A stretch of 64,000 bases of DNA. Origin: Klebsormidium nitens (lineage: Eukaryota; Plantae; Klebsormidiophyceae). The notes under the pieces are model-generated. The model was not told the origin of the DNA. It saw only the letters and a program-made list of their open reading frames with translations, and did not search any database. A program made the position numbers and the translations under genes. Positions 34,878-47,526 of this stretch are shown piece after piece (position 1 is the stretch's first letter; each line of letters starts with the position of its first letter). The stretch covers positions 132,079-196,078 of the forward strand of contig DF237046.1 of the NCBI GenBank assembly GCA_000708835.1, given 5' to 3'.

Positions 34878-36916
34878 CTAGCTTTTCGTGTCATCTTCGA
34901 GTTCAGTGACTGACGGGAATGCATTCAATCGTCCAGTTTGCATGCAAAAATCAAGGGCGGCAGCAGCAAACGCTAGGAATATCACACTCTCCCCAGCATC
35001 TAACGCCGATTTTAACAACGTTTCCACAGCTGCTGGGCTAGAGCCAGCCAGCTGTGATGTCGTCGCAACCTGTGCAAGACCTGCACCCATAGAGCAACAG
35101 AAGCATTGACACGAAGTCGGGACCTTGCGAAGACTCGAAAGTGGTTGCATCGATTGTGATCTCCCTGTCAAAATGACTTGACAGAAGAGGCTCAGGAAAA
35201 CTGCAGCAATCATGGTACTGGCTGACTCTAGGCTCGTTCAACAGAACGTAGGCATGCGCGCTGAAGACGGCAACAATCAGGAAGCGGGTACAAATGCTCG
35301 ACCCTTCTCAGTGTTTGAATCCTGGAGGCTGGTCGCTGCGACTAATAAGAAACTTGAAGGTCGTAGGACCTTACCGCGTGTGAGTCCAAAGGCCGCCACC
35401 ACTCCTCCCTTGAGGTGCGTGTTCTGGGTGTCCCGCCGAATCATGTAGCGGTAGCACACGCCAAACAGCGCGCAAGTGGCAAGGATGGCTCCCTCGCTCA
35501 CCACCAGGCTCACTAGACTCGACTCGGGGCCGCGCCCCGCCAGCACCACCGGCAGACTGGCCGCCAGCCCTGCAAGGCAGCACCAACAGAACAGCTCAGA
35601 ACAACTCAATTTCCATAGCACAGTGTAAAAGGTGCCTAAATGTCTGGCCTGATCAGCACAGGACGGAGTGCCCCTAAGTATATGACAGGTAATAACGTAG
35701 CTTTTGCTAGTTGAGATCCTATTATTCAGTGGAACATCAGCGATACAGCCCTTCGCCCCGCCCCAGAGAACACCTTGTGAGTCACTTCCCCTCACCTGTA
35801 GCAACTGCGATGGCCGCTGCCTTCCCTGACTCAATGCGCTCCTTGTCTTCATCTACGCCAGGGGTGCTCCACTTGTTGGCCCCCTGTTTGGCCCGTGCCT
35901 GGAGCACCTCCTCGCGTCGTAGTGCCACCTCCGCCTCCGCCTCAGCCACAAGGCGCGCAGCAGCAGTTACCTGCGGCACCAACCAACCATCTTTTATTTA
36001 AGAAGATTCTCTTAGGCATTGCTTCTATCGCACCACCCATTCCAAGCTGTCACAATTGCATTACAGCACCTTCCACCACAAACCCTTTCGCATGATTTGC
36101 AAGAGAGTAATTCAGGGATGAGAATCTTGTCAAGTGGGGCATATGCTGTATGTGCTTACCCCTTCATCAGCCTCTTCCAGCTCCGCTTCCTCGCTGGCAC
36201 GCGCCAGCTCCGCTTTCATGTTGGCCACCTCAGTCAGCTTCTCCTCCAACAACTTGCGTGCTGCCTGCAAGGCAAGAGTCGGGTGTTATCAGCATTTGAT
36301 TTACGGTAATTCCTAGAGGTGATGGACAGAAGGGGAAAAGTGACACAACAAGGTTTCAAGTCCGCTTACAAGGTGTGATGTAAAGCATATTTGTCCCTTG
36401 TGCACGTATGAAGAAACTCTTTCAGCTTCTTTAGACACTCTGCCATCAGCAAATGCACCACTGAACGGCAAAGTCCCAATGCACGCCCTTGCTTGGACTT
36501 CTTGGGATCTGTGCTGGCCAACTAGTGGTGGCACAGTTGTTGCAGAATTGTAGCGGTACCTCCGCTCTGAGCACCCTGTCCTCTGCTGTTTGTAACTTCT
36601 CCATCAGGCGCGGTGCATCGCCCTCCTGCATGACTCGCTCCAGCTCCACTTGAAACTCCGCATTGGCCCCCATGCCATCATCTGAGCCCCAGACGTTCCT
36701 GTCATCCTGGACTGCTGACGCTAAACTTAGCCTCTTCTTACCAGCGGTGTAAATCAAGGAAGAGGAAAGTCCTTGACGGGTGCTTTGGCTGTGCTGAGGC
36801 GGCATTGCGATCCGTCTGGTGAGCGCATTGCCAAAGGCATTGTCGCTTCGCTGAGAGCAGGTTCCAAGAGCGACACCAAACCCTTCACAGCCACAATATC
36901 CTACAATGGCCTCCAT
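34878..36916 (-). CDS. Uncharacterised plastid-type membrane protein (coiled coil plus TM domain with a motif recalled from cyanobacteria and plants)
   Basis: Coiled-coil exons (RLMEKLQTAEDRVLRAE; AARKLLEEKLTEVANMKAEL; EDKERIESGKAAAIAVATG), then TM exons CALFGVCYRYMIRRDTQNTHLKGGVVAAFGLTRGLAQV..ESVIFLAFAAAALDFCMQ..LNAFP. This resembles the recalled FGVTYRY..R.D.N.HLK.G.V.AFGL.RG family (Arabidopsis At4g24090-like, from memory). Confidence 0.75.
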
Positions 36917-37471
36917 TGTCTTGCCTTAGATTTGCGGGTTGAGCACCTCAACCTCAGGACAATTCCCTGCACGTCTAGGCGCGCTGGACCCTTGGTCACG
37001 GTGGCACTGGCATTGGCAATTGCCAACACCGATGTCAGTCCAGCCTCGGAGGACTGCTTCCCACTTCTAACTTTTGAAGAATGTACCGGGTGAACCGTGA
37101 GGCCCGGGGTAGTCCTCCATTGGGCCTTGTTGGGAAGCGGGCTGACTCCCGTTGCTAGGAGAACTACGCCAAGGTGCTTGCGACAAAGAAGGCAGCAGTT
37201 CCCGGTTCAAGTGGTCGGTCGTCGCTGCTCTCTTTCTTACAACTGTACAAACTTGAATCGAAGTTCAAGAAGGCAGCTGAAGCCTGAACGCTACCTACCT
37301 TCCCAATTGCCAAAGGTTGGGGCGCTAGCTAGAAACTTCACGTGAGTCTCACCTCATTTTCTGTGTCCAGAGTGCTTTTTCCGCAGTGAATCCAGATATC
37401 TAGAAAGCTTCCTGTCCAGCTTCCTAGGACAACGAGCGGCGTATATCGTTGCGGCTCTCTGAGGGATCACC

Positions 37472-40047
37472 ATGGAAGATGACGCGATCAGCAACTTCTG
37501 CGCAATCACAGGTGCCACGCCGGATCAGGCAAGGTTCTTTTTAGAGAGCTCAGGCAATGACATGGAACAGGCCATGTCCGCTTTCTATGATCAGGAAGGC
37601 GACGACGATCTGCCTGCTGAAGAGGCAGTGCCGTCGGAAGGAGCAGCGCCACCGGCGCAGGGGCAGCAGGAGCAGGCGGGAGGGGTCAGGCAGGGCCAAG
37701 GGGCGTGGCCAGGTGAACAAGAGGGTGCTGTTGGCTCCGACTTTTTGGTCTCCGGTTTCCAAGCGCACTACTTTGATCAAGAAACCGTTCCAAGTTTGAT
37801 TTATTGATTTCTGCTTGCAAAGCAATTGTGGACGTATGTACCTGGCGTCAAGTTGAACAAACGCAAATCCCTGGAACTTTGTTGGGCGTATTGGCGTACT
37901 GGCTGTTGCTGAACAGTCTTAGCCACCACAATCCTGTATCTTGAGAAGTGACCCAGTGGAGAGCGCGTGCAGGTGCTTCTGGTGGCGGCGGCGCTGGCCC
38001 GAGCATCCGGGGCGGCGAAGTCCGGGGTGGGGCCAAGAAGAGGCCTGCCGGCGCAGGCGCCAGTGGGGGGGGCATCAGGACTCTGGGTGATCTCGGCAGA
38101 GCAGCAGAACAAGACGACAGTGATGAGGAGGGCGGTCCACAGGAGTACTACACAGGGGGAGAGAAGAGGTGTGGACAATTCTCCTATTCCCCACTTTAAA
38201 ACAGATTGTCTCCTTGAGAATAGACACTCCGCTGCAAGGGTTTCCTCGTTGCTTCTGCGGCTTTCATCGCTGAGAAGCTGTGTGTCGCGCGCTGTGTGAT
38301 CGCTTCCAATTTCTGCTCTCAATCTATGTCCGTGTATGCAGTGGCATGATGGTCCAGGACCCCAGCAAAAAGCCCGGCACGTCGGTTGACTCCATCTTTG
38401 ATCGCGCCCGCCAGCACGGCGCCGTCGATGGCACTCCCGCAGATATGCTTCCCTCCGCGCCTGCCGCCAGGGGGGCTTTCACAGGATCAGCCAGGTGGGT
38501 ATTCTCAGGAGTGACTCGTTGTTCGCCCTGCCCCGCTGCAGGCTCCAATAGTGCGAGCCCTCGCTGAGTCTGCTCAAGATTCATCCCAATGATGCGCCTC
38601 TGGTAGGACAGATTCCAGCCGATTTGGGCACTCAGCTCCAAATTGTGCTTGCAAGTCCAATCAGCTCTCGCTGAAGGACACTCGTGCCCCTAGTCCTGAC
38701 GGGCGCTCCTCTTTCTGCGCTGCTGGCAGGACGCTGGGCGCGGACGGCAGCCCCGCTGTGCCGGAGGTTCCGCCGGCGGTGGCCGCGGCGCCGGCGCCGG
38801 AGCGGGCGGTGCACACCATCACGTTCTGGCGCAACGGCTTCACTGTGGACGATGGGCCCCTGCGCAAGCTGGAGGACCCCGCCAACGCACCCTTCCTCAA
38901 CGTGAGCAGGCCGGGTGCAGCGGGGCAGGGCGATGTGATTGGGCACGTCTTTTTTGTCTGCATATCGTGGCTCGGCAAAGCCAGACAATGGTTTGTGTAG
39001 CTCATTCTGGACGCGTGCATCCCTTGCAGAGCATCAACAAGGGCGAGTGTCCGCGCGAGCTGGCCCCCGCAGATGCGCGCGTGATGGTGCACGTCAACCT
39101 GGTGCGCAAGGATGCCGACTACGAGGTGAGCGCACAGCCCAGCCGTACGTTGCCTCAAGCTTGTGCAATATCTTGCGGTTTCAGTCGTCCAAGGTAGCTT
39201 CGTTATGACTTCTGACAACCAGCACACGGAGGCTGTGGTTGGCGGCACAGGCATGATTCTTTTTCAACTTTGTGATGGATGAAGACACGAGTTGGAGAAG
39301 GGCAGGCAAGGCAGTCGTGGCTGTCGCAAACAGTTGACGACCCGCACTTTGTGCCCCCGGATGCAGCCTCCTAAGGAGCCCAAGTACCGCGCATTTGTGG
39401 GGTCTGGCCGCACCCTGGGCTCCACCGACAGCGAGCCCGCCCCGGAGCCGGCCGCCTCAGCCCCCGCGACAGCATCCAGCAACAAGTCGTTCGAGGTGCG
39501 TCTCTTTCGGAGGTTGCTAGCAGTGAAGGGAGCCCACTCGTTGCGCTGTTCCGGCTTGATGCATCTTTTTTTTTTTTCTTTTTCCGGCGATGGTGCATCT
39601 TCTCGCGGTCTTTCTTCGCTGCGACCGAAGAAGGCCATTTGGCACACAGAACGTTGGCCTTGAGATATGAGCAGACGGCTGCTGTTTCGCAGTCATCAAG
39701 TTGGAGTGATCGAGTCGGAGCCCTTAAAGAACCTCGTCAAGATGAGAGGTGTTCAGTCGTGTCACGCGATTCGAGCATGAATGGCCGTGTCTCCCCATAT
39801 GCAGGTGGACGAATCGCAGCCGTTCACCAGCCTGCAGCTGCGCCTTCTGGACGGAACGCGGCTGGTGGCGCGCTTCAACCACAGCCACACGGTCGGCGAC
39901 ATCCGCCGCTTCTTGGAGCGGGCGCGGCCCGGGGCCACGTCCTCCTACCGCCTGGTGACTTCCTTTCCCCCGAAGACGCTCACGGACCTCGACCAGACGA
40001 TCGAGCAGGCGGGGCTCCTAAATGCAGTGGTTATGCAAAAGGCTTGA
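37472..40047 (+). CDS. p47/Shp1-type CDC48 adaptor (UBA-SEP-UBX; plant PUX3/4/5 family, NSFL1C)
   Basis: UBA-like [35 protein letters not shown]; [16 protein letters not shown]; [44 protein letters not shown]; SHP box [10 protein letters not shown]; [61 protein letters not shown]. Confidence 0.95.
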
Positions 40048-41192
40048 TCCGGAGAGAGCAGGGCCGCTTGGTGAAGCGGGAGTACAGGAGTGCACTGACA
40101 ATATCTTAGGTCGATTGGCGCTGTGCCACAAGAATTCCAACTTACCTAGCTGCCTGTATTGTTTTTTATTGGAGTATTTGTCTGCCGCCAACATCAACCA
40201 CAATCTATTCATCTACTACTTGTCCAATGTTCCTTGGATTGGAATCTAGAGGTTGTCGCTCCAGAACCGAGAATGCCCTGAATCCTTGACCCTCTGTGTC
40301 ATGTGCATACTTCAACGAGAAGTGGCCGTGCATTACAACAATCTGACAATATCAAAGGCTCGCTTCAACTCAATCGAGTCGCTCGTAGAAAGCCACACAC
40401 GTACGTACTTATATGGACAATTTCGATAATATGAAGTCGACCGCATACTGTGTCTCAACTGCGTTCAAAGTGGACGTACCATTGAGCCAGATCCCCCGTC
40501 TCATACCATCGGGTTGACGCGGAATCTTATGGCTGCAGTAAATTCACCAAGATTTCATGTGCCATGCCGCCGGGCAACCAATGACCGGATATATACGTAG
40601 CTGCGCGCGATCATGCACATATATGCAAAGTTGTACTCATTAAAGATATAACGCGATCGATCATTCACAAAAGTATGCCATGAGAAGCCTATCATAGTAT
40701 GGCCAATTACTGGCTACAGCGTATTTTGAAAAGAGACCATCATCCGCATGGCATGCCAGACAGTACGATCGGACCGGTGACACAAAAGAAGAATCCCAGT
40801 ATGCTGAATGATAATGGCAGGCTTCGTGCAATAGCCTGACACTTCCGACGCCCAGGTTCATCAAGATTGAAAGAGCTCCTATATTTCAACCACAGGCAAC
40901 CAAATTACGCTGTTCTAAGTAGTGCGCTTTCGCCTGCTGGTCCGCTTTGTATACAGGTTCTCACCGGACGTGATCTCAAACACCAGTCTCGATACGTTCC
41001 TCTCAGGTTATGTAATTTGGAGAAGCAACTTGGAGCATCTTGGAAGCATACGGTCCTATCCCTCTGTCTCCGTTTTCTAACTTCAGTGCAAGAAACGCCT
41101 TTCAGCCTGTACTCTTTCGGGCAGCATGCCAACCGCACCATGACGCAAGCACCAGCAAAGCATGACCAGCTAAGAGGCGCTGCCCAGGCGCG

Positions 41193-44100
41193 TTACGCCG
41201 CGTCGGGCCGCCTGGCGCGGCGGTACATGTTGTCGCGGAACTCGAGGACGTCGTCGCGGATGAGGTTGTTGAGGAAGGCCTGCAGCTGCGCGGCGCTCTT
41301 GTCGAAGGGCGGGTCCACCACGAACATCTTGAGCATGTTGTGGATGCGCTCCAGCGGCAGCGCGTCCAGGTTTGTCAGCATGCCCACCACGTAGTCCTGC
41401 ACCACCAGCACCATCGTCAGCGGCCGCCCTCGGCAGCCAGCAACAGTATAGCAGTCCGATAAACAAAGCACGCTCAAGATTCGTTTCTTTCAAGGATCGC
41501 CTCTTGCGCAATGACCAAACCCGCCTGTTAGCATGCTGCTGGTCACCAAGTGCGGGGAGACTGTCGTGCGGCGGCACGCACCTTGTATACTTGCATCTCG
41601 GACGCCATCTGCTCCTCAGCTGACGTCACTGCGCTCTCCCCCTCCTCCTCTGCCACCACCGTCACCTCACCCTCCTCGCTAGGCCCCCTACCCGGGCCCC
41701 CGGCCGCGCCCTCCCCTCCTTCCACCAGGCGGTACAGCCCCCCCCCGTCCGGCCCCGTGCTCTCCGCGAGCACGCCCTGGTTGACCCAGAACACGGCCTT
41801 CTTGCGCAGCGTGCCCAGCGGCGCCCCGACGGCCTCCGCGAGCTCGCGCGCGGGCCAGCGCGGGCGGTCCTGGAAGTGCCACACGATGGCCGCGTGGATG
41901 GGCGACACCGCGTACTGCACCGCGCGGCCCCCACGCTCCACCTCCAGCCGCACCGTGCCCAGGCCCGTCTTCCACCCCAGCTTGCGCGGCGCCTTCACCT
42001 CCTGGTACCGCGCAGCGTATGCGTCCAGCACCGACTGCACCGGCGCCGGCAGCCGCACCTCGTCCGCCTGCCACAGGCGTGACAAGGTCAGAGCGCAGCG
42101 CTGGCTGCCCGGACAATAAGCATGCAAGAAGTCATCGGGCATAGATCAATAAGCAGCACCTTGAAATACAAACGGTCGAGGTTACAGCCCAGGCGAAGGG
42201 ATAAAATACTTGGGTTGTTCCGACGACCTCTACTCGGACCTGATTACCGTGCCGCAATCGCCAGCAAGGCCTTGGCTACAAGGAGCAGGCAACACAACGT
42301 CACACTGATCTACCCAGGTCGCTTTAAACCACACGAATGCTGTCCCCACTTCCGCGTACCTGGAAGGGCGGCCAGAAGTGCGCCGACACGATGGTGGCGT
42401 CCACGTTGTCCAGGGTGGGCTCCCCTTCGGCGGGCGCTGCGCCGGGCGGCCCCTGGCTGCGCAGCGCGCGCATGCGGGCGCGAATGGCCTGCAGCCGCGC
42501 CTCGTTCTCGCTGCTGCTCCCACTGCCGCGCCCCACGGCGGCATCCCCGGCCGAAGGCCCGGGCGGGCTGGCAGGGCCGGCACTGCACGGGGCATGCGTG
42601 TCGACATGAGGTGCAGGGACGAGAAGGAGACATCCGACGATCACGCCAAGCGGGTGAGCGTCCACGCAAGCGATGGCCGGACTGGGGCGAGCTGGTGCGA
42701 GAAGCACTGACCCGTTTCTGTGCCGCAAGTTCGTTCTCACCGTGGAGGCAGCGGCGGCTGGGGCACGCCCCGTCCCGCCCCCCGACCCTGGGGGGCGGCT
42801 GCCGCCGAGCGGCGCCGGGTGCTTGGGGGGGACTGCCGGGGTGCGGCGCTGCGTTTGGGGGAGGCGACGTAGGGCGGGGGGCCGGGGTGTGGATCAGCGT
42901 GTTGATGCGCTTGCTGTCGGCCAGGTCCTTGAGCATGACGTCACACTGGTGCAGGTTGGCATCCGCGAAGCGAAGCTGCGAGCAACGGACAGGGCGGAGT
43001 ATGATGAGAGCAGTGCGGTGGAATTTAATGGCGAAGGGGAGAGTCTTGAAGGGAACAATCAACTGATTCAGCCAGCGTGAAGCGCCTTCTTCAATCGTTG
43101 CACGGGCCGAGTCTGCGGCAAACTCCTAGTATAGCCAACGCCTTTCGGTCACTACTTGGCTTCCGAAACCCGTGCCCCTCGTGAGCTCATCAGCAGCCTG
43201 ATGGACTCCAGGTTCGTTGGGCGAAGCTGAATTTTATCTTGCCCGCTCTCAGCGGCGTGGCGCACCTTGAGCAGCTCGAGCGTGCGCACGTCGGTGGCGG
43301 TGTTGTAGTCCTGCTTGGCGAGCAGGCGGTCGGCCAGCATGACGCGGTACTCGTTGACCAGCACCTCCTTGCTGCCGTACATGCCCACTACCGCGCTGAT
43401 CAGGTCCGCGCGACGCCGCCGCCGGCCCCCGCCGCCCGGAGCAGCAGCAATCTACCATCACAAAAGAATGCGCTCGGGTTAATGAGAATGGGAAGCGCGG
43501 CTTAGTCAGGGGCCGCTGCGTACCGACTTGCAGTCGTCAAAGATATGAGGCAAGTCTAATTGCTTCCGCATGCTCCTCCCGTTCTCAGACCAACCCGTAT
43601 CAACAGGACCGTTCCCAACGCCCTGGTGCAAGGGCGTGCAAGCCGTTTCGGTCCGCGTGCCTCACCGGGTCCGGCTCCCAGGCGTGGGCGGCGGCCGCCT
43701 CCTCCTCGGTGTCCGCCGCCCCCGCGTCGTCATCCTCGCGCTCATCCGCCTCCGCCATGGCCGCCGTCTTGGCGAGCTCCTCGTACAGCGACTCGCCGCC
43801 CCCCGCGGCCGCGCTGTCGTCCGTGAGCAGCGTGACGATGCCGCGGATGGTGTCCTTGCGGCGCCGCAAATACTCCTGGATGGGCGCACCCACCGCCTCC
43901 AGCACCACGCCCCCGGGGTCCAGCACGCGCAAACTCTGCACCCAGCGCACGGCCACGCTGTCAGGCCCCTGGCAGCGCGTGGGCCCAAGGCTTGCAGCCG
44001 GACTGTGGGAAGCGGCAATGAACCTGCAGCAGCCAGACGCGCTTCCTGCTGATAATACTATCTGCAGACTTGCCAAGTGGCGGAACCGTCTCCCTACAAC

Positions 44101-46667
44101 CCAGGGTGCCGCTCAGCGAATGCTGACGGCCGACCTTGATCGTGGCGATGTAGTGTGTGAGGATGTCGGTGGTGGCGGCCCCCGGCAGCAGCAGCCTCTG
44201 CCGCAGCTGTGCGCGAAAGGCGTCCACCAGGTCGCGCTGCCGCCCCGTTGCGGCCAGGCAGGCACGCAGGTCCTCCACAGCAGGCAGGCTGCGCGCCGCA
44301 CGAGCACGATCAGGAGGACGCGCAGGGAAACAAAGCACCGCATGCGCAGAAGGAAAGGAGCAGGAAACGTGGGCTAGCGGAGAACCGAAGAGCCAGGTTG
44401 CAAAGTCAGGTGAAAACAAGGACATGTATGGACACGGAGTCATGCAACTGAGTTCGGGTTCACCGTCTGCCTGATGCCCACCTCTCTGGGTGGTCCACAA
44501 TGATGTCGAACAGCTCTGTGGTGCGCAGGTCCCCCAGGATCTCGTAGGCCGCCATCTCGAGGCGCTGCTTCCATTGTCCCAGCGCCGCAGCAGTGGGCGC
44601 GGGGCCAGGAGACGAGGCCGGAGCCGGGGTGGCGGGGCAGGCGAGGGGGGAGGGGAAGGGGGAGGCCGCAGGGGAGTGGTACAGGGGAGGGGGGGGTGGG
44701 CGGGACCGGGGGCGGCAGCAGCAGCGAGAGGAAGCGCAGCGGGACGGCCTCAATCCAGCGCAGGAACACTGCCGCAACAGGCGCCTCGTAGCGGCCACGC
44801 GCAGCACGCAGCAGCTTGCTCTAGACGGAGGGGGGAGAGGGGGTGAGGCAGCGGAAGAAGTGGTAGGAGAAGGAAATAGAGACAAGGATGGAGGCACCCC
44901 CAGGTGTCACACTCAAGATCACATCTAGGCACTCTGCTTTGGAGAATTCAGATCATCCAGTTTTTGTGGGAAGAGCCCCGGTGGCAGAGCGTACCTGCAG
45001 GTGCTCGTGCACAGCCTGCGCGACGGCCCCCTCTGCGAGCGCCCCCAGGCCCAGCTCCCGCAGCTGCCGTGCCACCGCTGCTACGCCCGCCACCCACTCC
45101 ACGCCCATCAGCCGCACCATGTCGCCGATGCCCACCCCTTCCACGTGCCCTTCCGCCCCTGCCCCCCACGCGCCCGCGCCCCCTCCCGTATCCCCCAGCA
45201 CCCCCGCCAGGTGCTTGTTCACCAGGCCCGCCCGGTTGGGCGCTGCCTCCCCGGGGCTGCGCTCCACGCCCTCCATGGCATCCCCCCCCTCCACGTGCGG
45301 CGCAACCCCCGGCCCCCCCACCCCGTCGTCCTCGTCCATCACACTGCTGCTGCGCCTGCTGCGCCGCCGCCGCAGCGCGCTTCCCCCCCCCGCAAGCCCC
45401 CCTGCGCTCTCGACTTCGTCGTCCGCCCCCTCCAGGCCTAGCTCATCCTCGCTGGTGCCCCCGCTGTCGAGGCTGGCCGTGCTCTCTCGGCGCCGGCTCC
45501 GCCGCGCTGCGCGTTTCACGCCCCCGCTGAATTCGTCGAGGCGCGCAGCAAAGTAGAGGCGCAGCAGGTCTGCCACCACACAGGAAGGATTTTAGAGTGT
45601 GAGGAGAGGAGAACAGGACCCAGCCGTGGACGAAATCACAGCCCTGCTGCAAGGAACGAGCCAGCCTGTTTAGCGGAAGCGGCCACGGCCAGATAAGCAC
45701 CTAGAAGCTGCCTTCTGCCGTTTGGCCGGGGTGCCCACCTGGCAGGTAGTCGGGGGCCGTGCTGAGGAGCCAGGCACTGGTGCCCGCCTGGAACTGCGCC
45801 ACCACCCGCTCGCTCTCTGACAGCTCCAGCCGCGGCTTGGGCCAGCCCGCCCCACCTGCTCCCCCCGCTGCTCTTGGGGCCTCCGCCATCACCTTGAGCA
45901 GGTCCGCCAGCTGGCGCTTCTGCAGCCCCTGCGCCGAGTGCAGCTCCGCCAGAGCCGGGGCTAGGGTGGACACCGCCCAGGATTGCAAAGGAGACGGGTC
46001 ATCCGCCTGCGGTAGGGCAGCCAAAAGAGGGGGTAAGCGGGGAAGAGTATGATTGCAAACAGTGGCAACAGGCAATGCCACGCAGGGCCTTGATCATCAT
46101 TGCACGAGGTCGAAACGAGGGGGAGGCGGGGCTTCACCTGCTGAGCCCTTTGCTGGCGGTCCTCGTATGTGTCAAACTTGGCCCAAAAGCGAGGGAGGTG
46201 CTCCTCACGAAAGACTCTCTGCAAGGGCGCCACCAGCAAGACGCAATCAGAGCCAGTCCCATGCAAGCACACCTCGGCACATGCACCCAGGCCATCACCA
46301 CCTCCAGCCAGCATCTCTTCCACAAATCACAGCGGGGGAAAGAAAGTACTGAAGACCATCAGTAGAGCTGTGCCCGTAATGAAAGTCCTGCCATCCTAGT
46401 CATGGGTCCTGCTTCCATGTTCCATGAATCACAGTTGTAGTGGTGCCAGGCTGGGAGGCGCATTGCTTGAGCTGTCACCTCCAGGCGATCCCCACAGTGG
46501 GCAGTGAGCAGCGGGCCCAGCCCCTGCTGGCACAGCACCCCCACACTGGCCGCCAGCTCGCCCGAGGGCGCGTCTCTGCTTCCCCCTTGCAGGCCCTGCT
46601 CCAGACAAACCGTCCATGCTGCGCTGATGTTGCTGGCCAGGACGGAGGTCAGAGCTGGCGCCCCCAT
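41193..46667 (-). CDS. APC2: Anaphase-promoting complex subunit 2 (cullin-like), with two apparent single-base frameshifts in C/G homopolymers
   Basis: LPRFWAKFD; WIEAVPLRFL..WKQRLEMAAYEILGDLRTTELFDIIVDHPE; LRQRLLLPGAATTDILTHYIATIK; PIQEYLRRRKDTIRGIVTLLTD; WEPDP; GMYGSKEVLVNEYRVMLADRLL..ELLK; QCDVMLKDLADSKRIN; IVSAHFWP; KAPRKLGWKTGLGTVRL; YVVGMLTNLDALPLERIHNMLKMF. Start codon uncertain (ATG 46667; frame open to 46802). Confidence 0.95.
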
Positions 46668-47526
46668 GCTTGATAGCAAAGACAAGGGGGCCACCGCGTG
46701 CTCCTCAATTCGTTGCGCAGAAGCAAGAGGCAATGCGGCTTCCTCAATGCGTGTGGCTGTCACTACAGGCACTGTCCCAATCCCGCTCCGCCTGGAATCC
46801 ACAAAATTGAGACTGCTCGGTGCTCAATTTCGATGTGCATTGCGATTATGAGGAACCTTTGGGCCTGAAAGGAAAAACAGTTGCTGACACTGGTGTCACA
46901 GGGCATCAGATTCATGCCTTCGGGTGGAGCTAGCTGTGTTCAACGGTTTCTCTTCTCTTGCTGTCCCTGATCATTGATGGTTCATTTGTGAGGTGCGGGT
47001 TCCCCCCTTCGTCGACGTAGGTAAAACTTGGCTTTTAGGGTATCCATACGCGGCGTAGAACCATTTTTCATGTTGGATATAATCGTACACCCGCTTGTTA
47101 GAATTGGGCTCTTTCTGAGGGAAGCGTCAGCTCTGCGTGGCTACCTTCTAAACCCCGTAATAGACTTCCAAATCCGTTCAAAAATGTGTTGGTTTAAAGT
47201 GGGCGTAGGCCGTCACACCGACGGCATCACCGTAGCGTGACGGCGACAGAAATCAATCAACATTCACCCTCCGATAGATTCAACTCGGTGGTTTGTACCG
47301 TCCGATCGAAAAATGACTCGCGAGCCCTAGGCAGGCCTACGGTGCTTCGCTGTTTGCCTCAGTGGACGTACAAGTTTGCCATTGGCCACCATCATGATCA
47401 ATGGCATCATGAATCTGATCTCCCCAGCCAGCTCGCGGGCTGTAAACTGTCAGTGTAACAGACGCAGCTGCCGGCCTCACTATCAGCCAGGGTCATCAAT
47501 TTCTACTCTGGTCGCTTGGTGGCGCC

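Noticed and set aside
41500-46100. Many long overlapping ORFs on both strands (e.g. 42122..43066 +, 43709..44377 +, 44888..45556 +)
   Set aside because: Shadow ORFs from very GC-rich APC2 coding sequence. They are Arg/Pro/Ala-rich, lack family motifs, and are explained by stop-codon scarcity.
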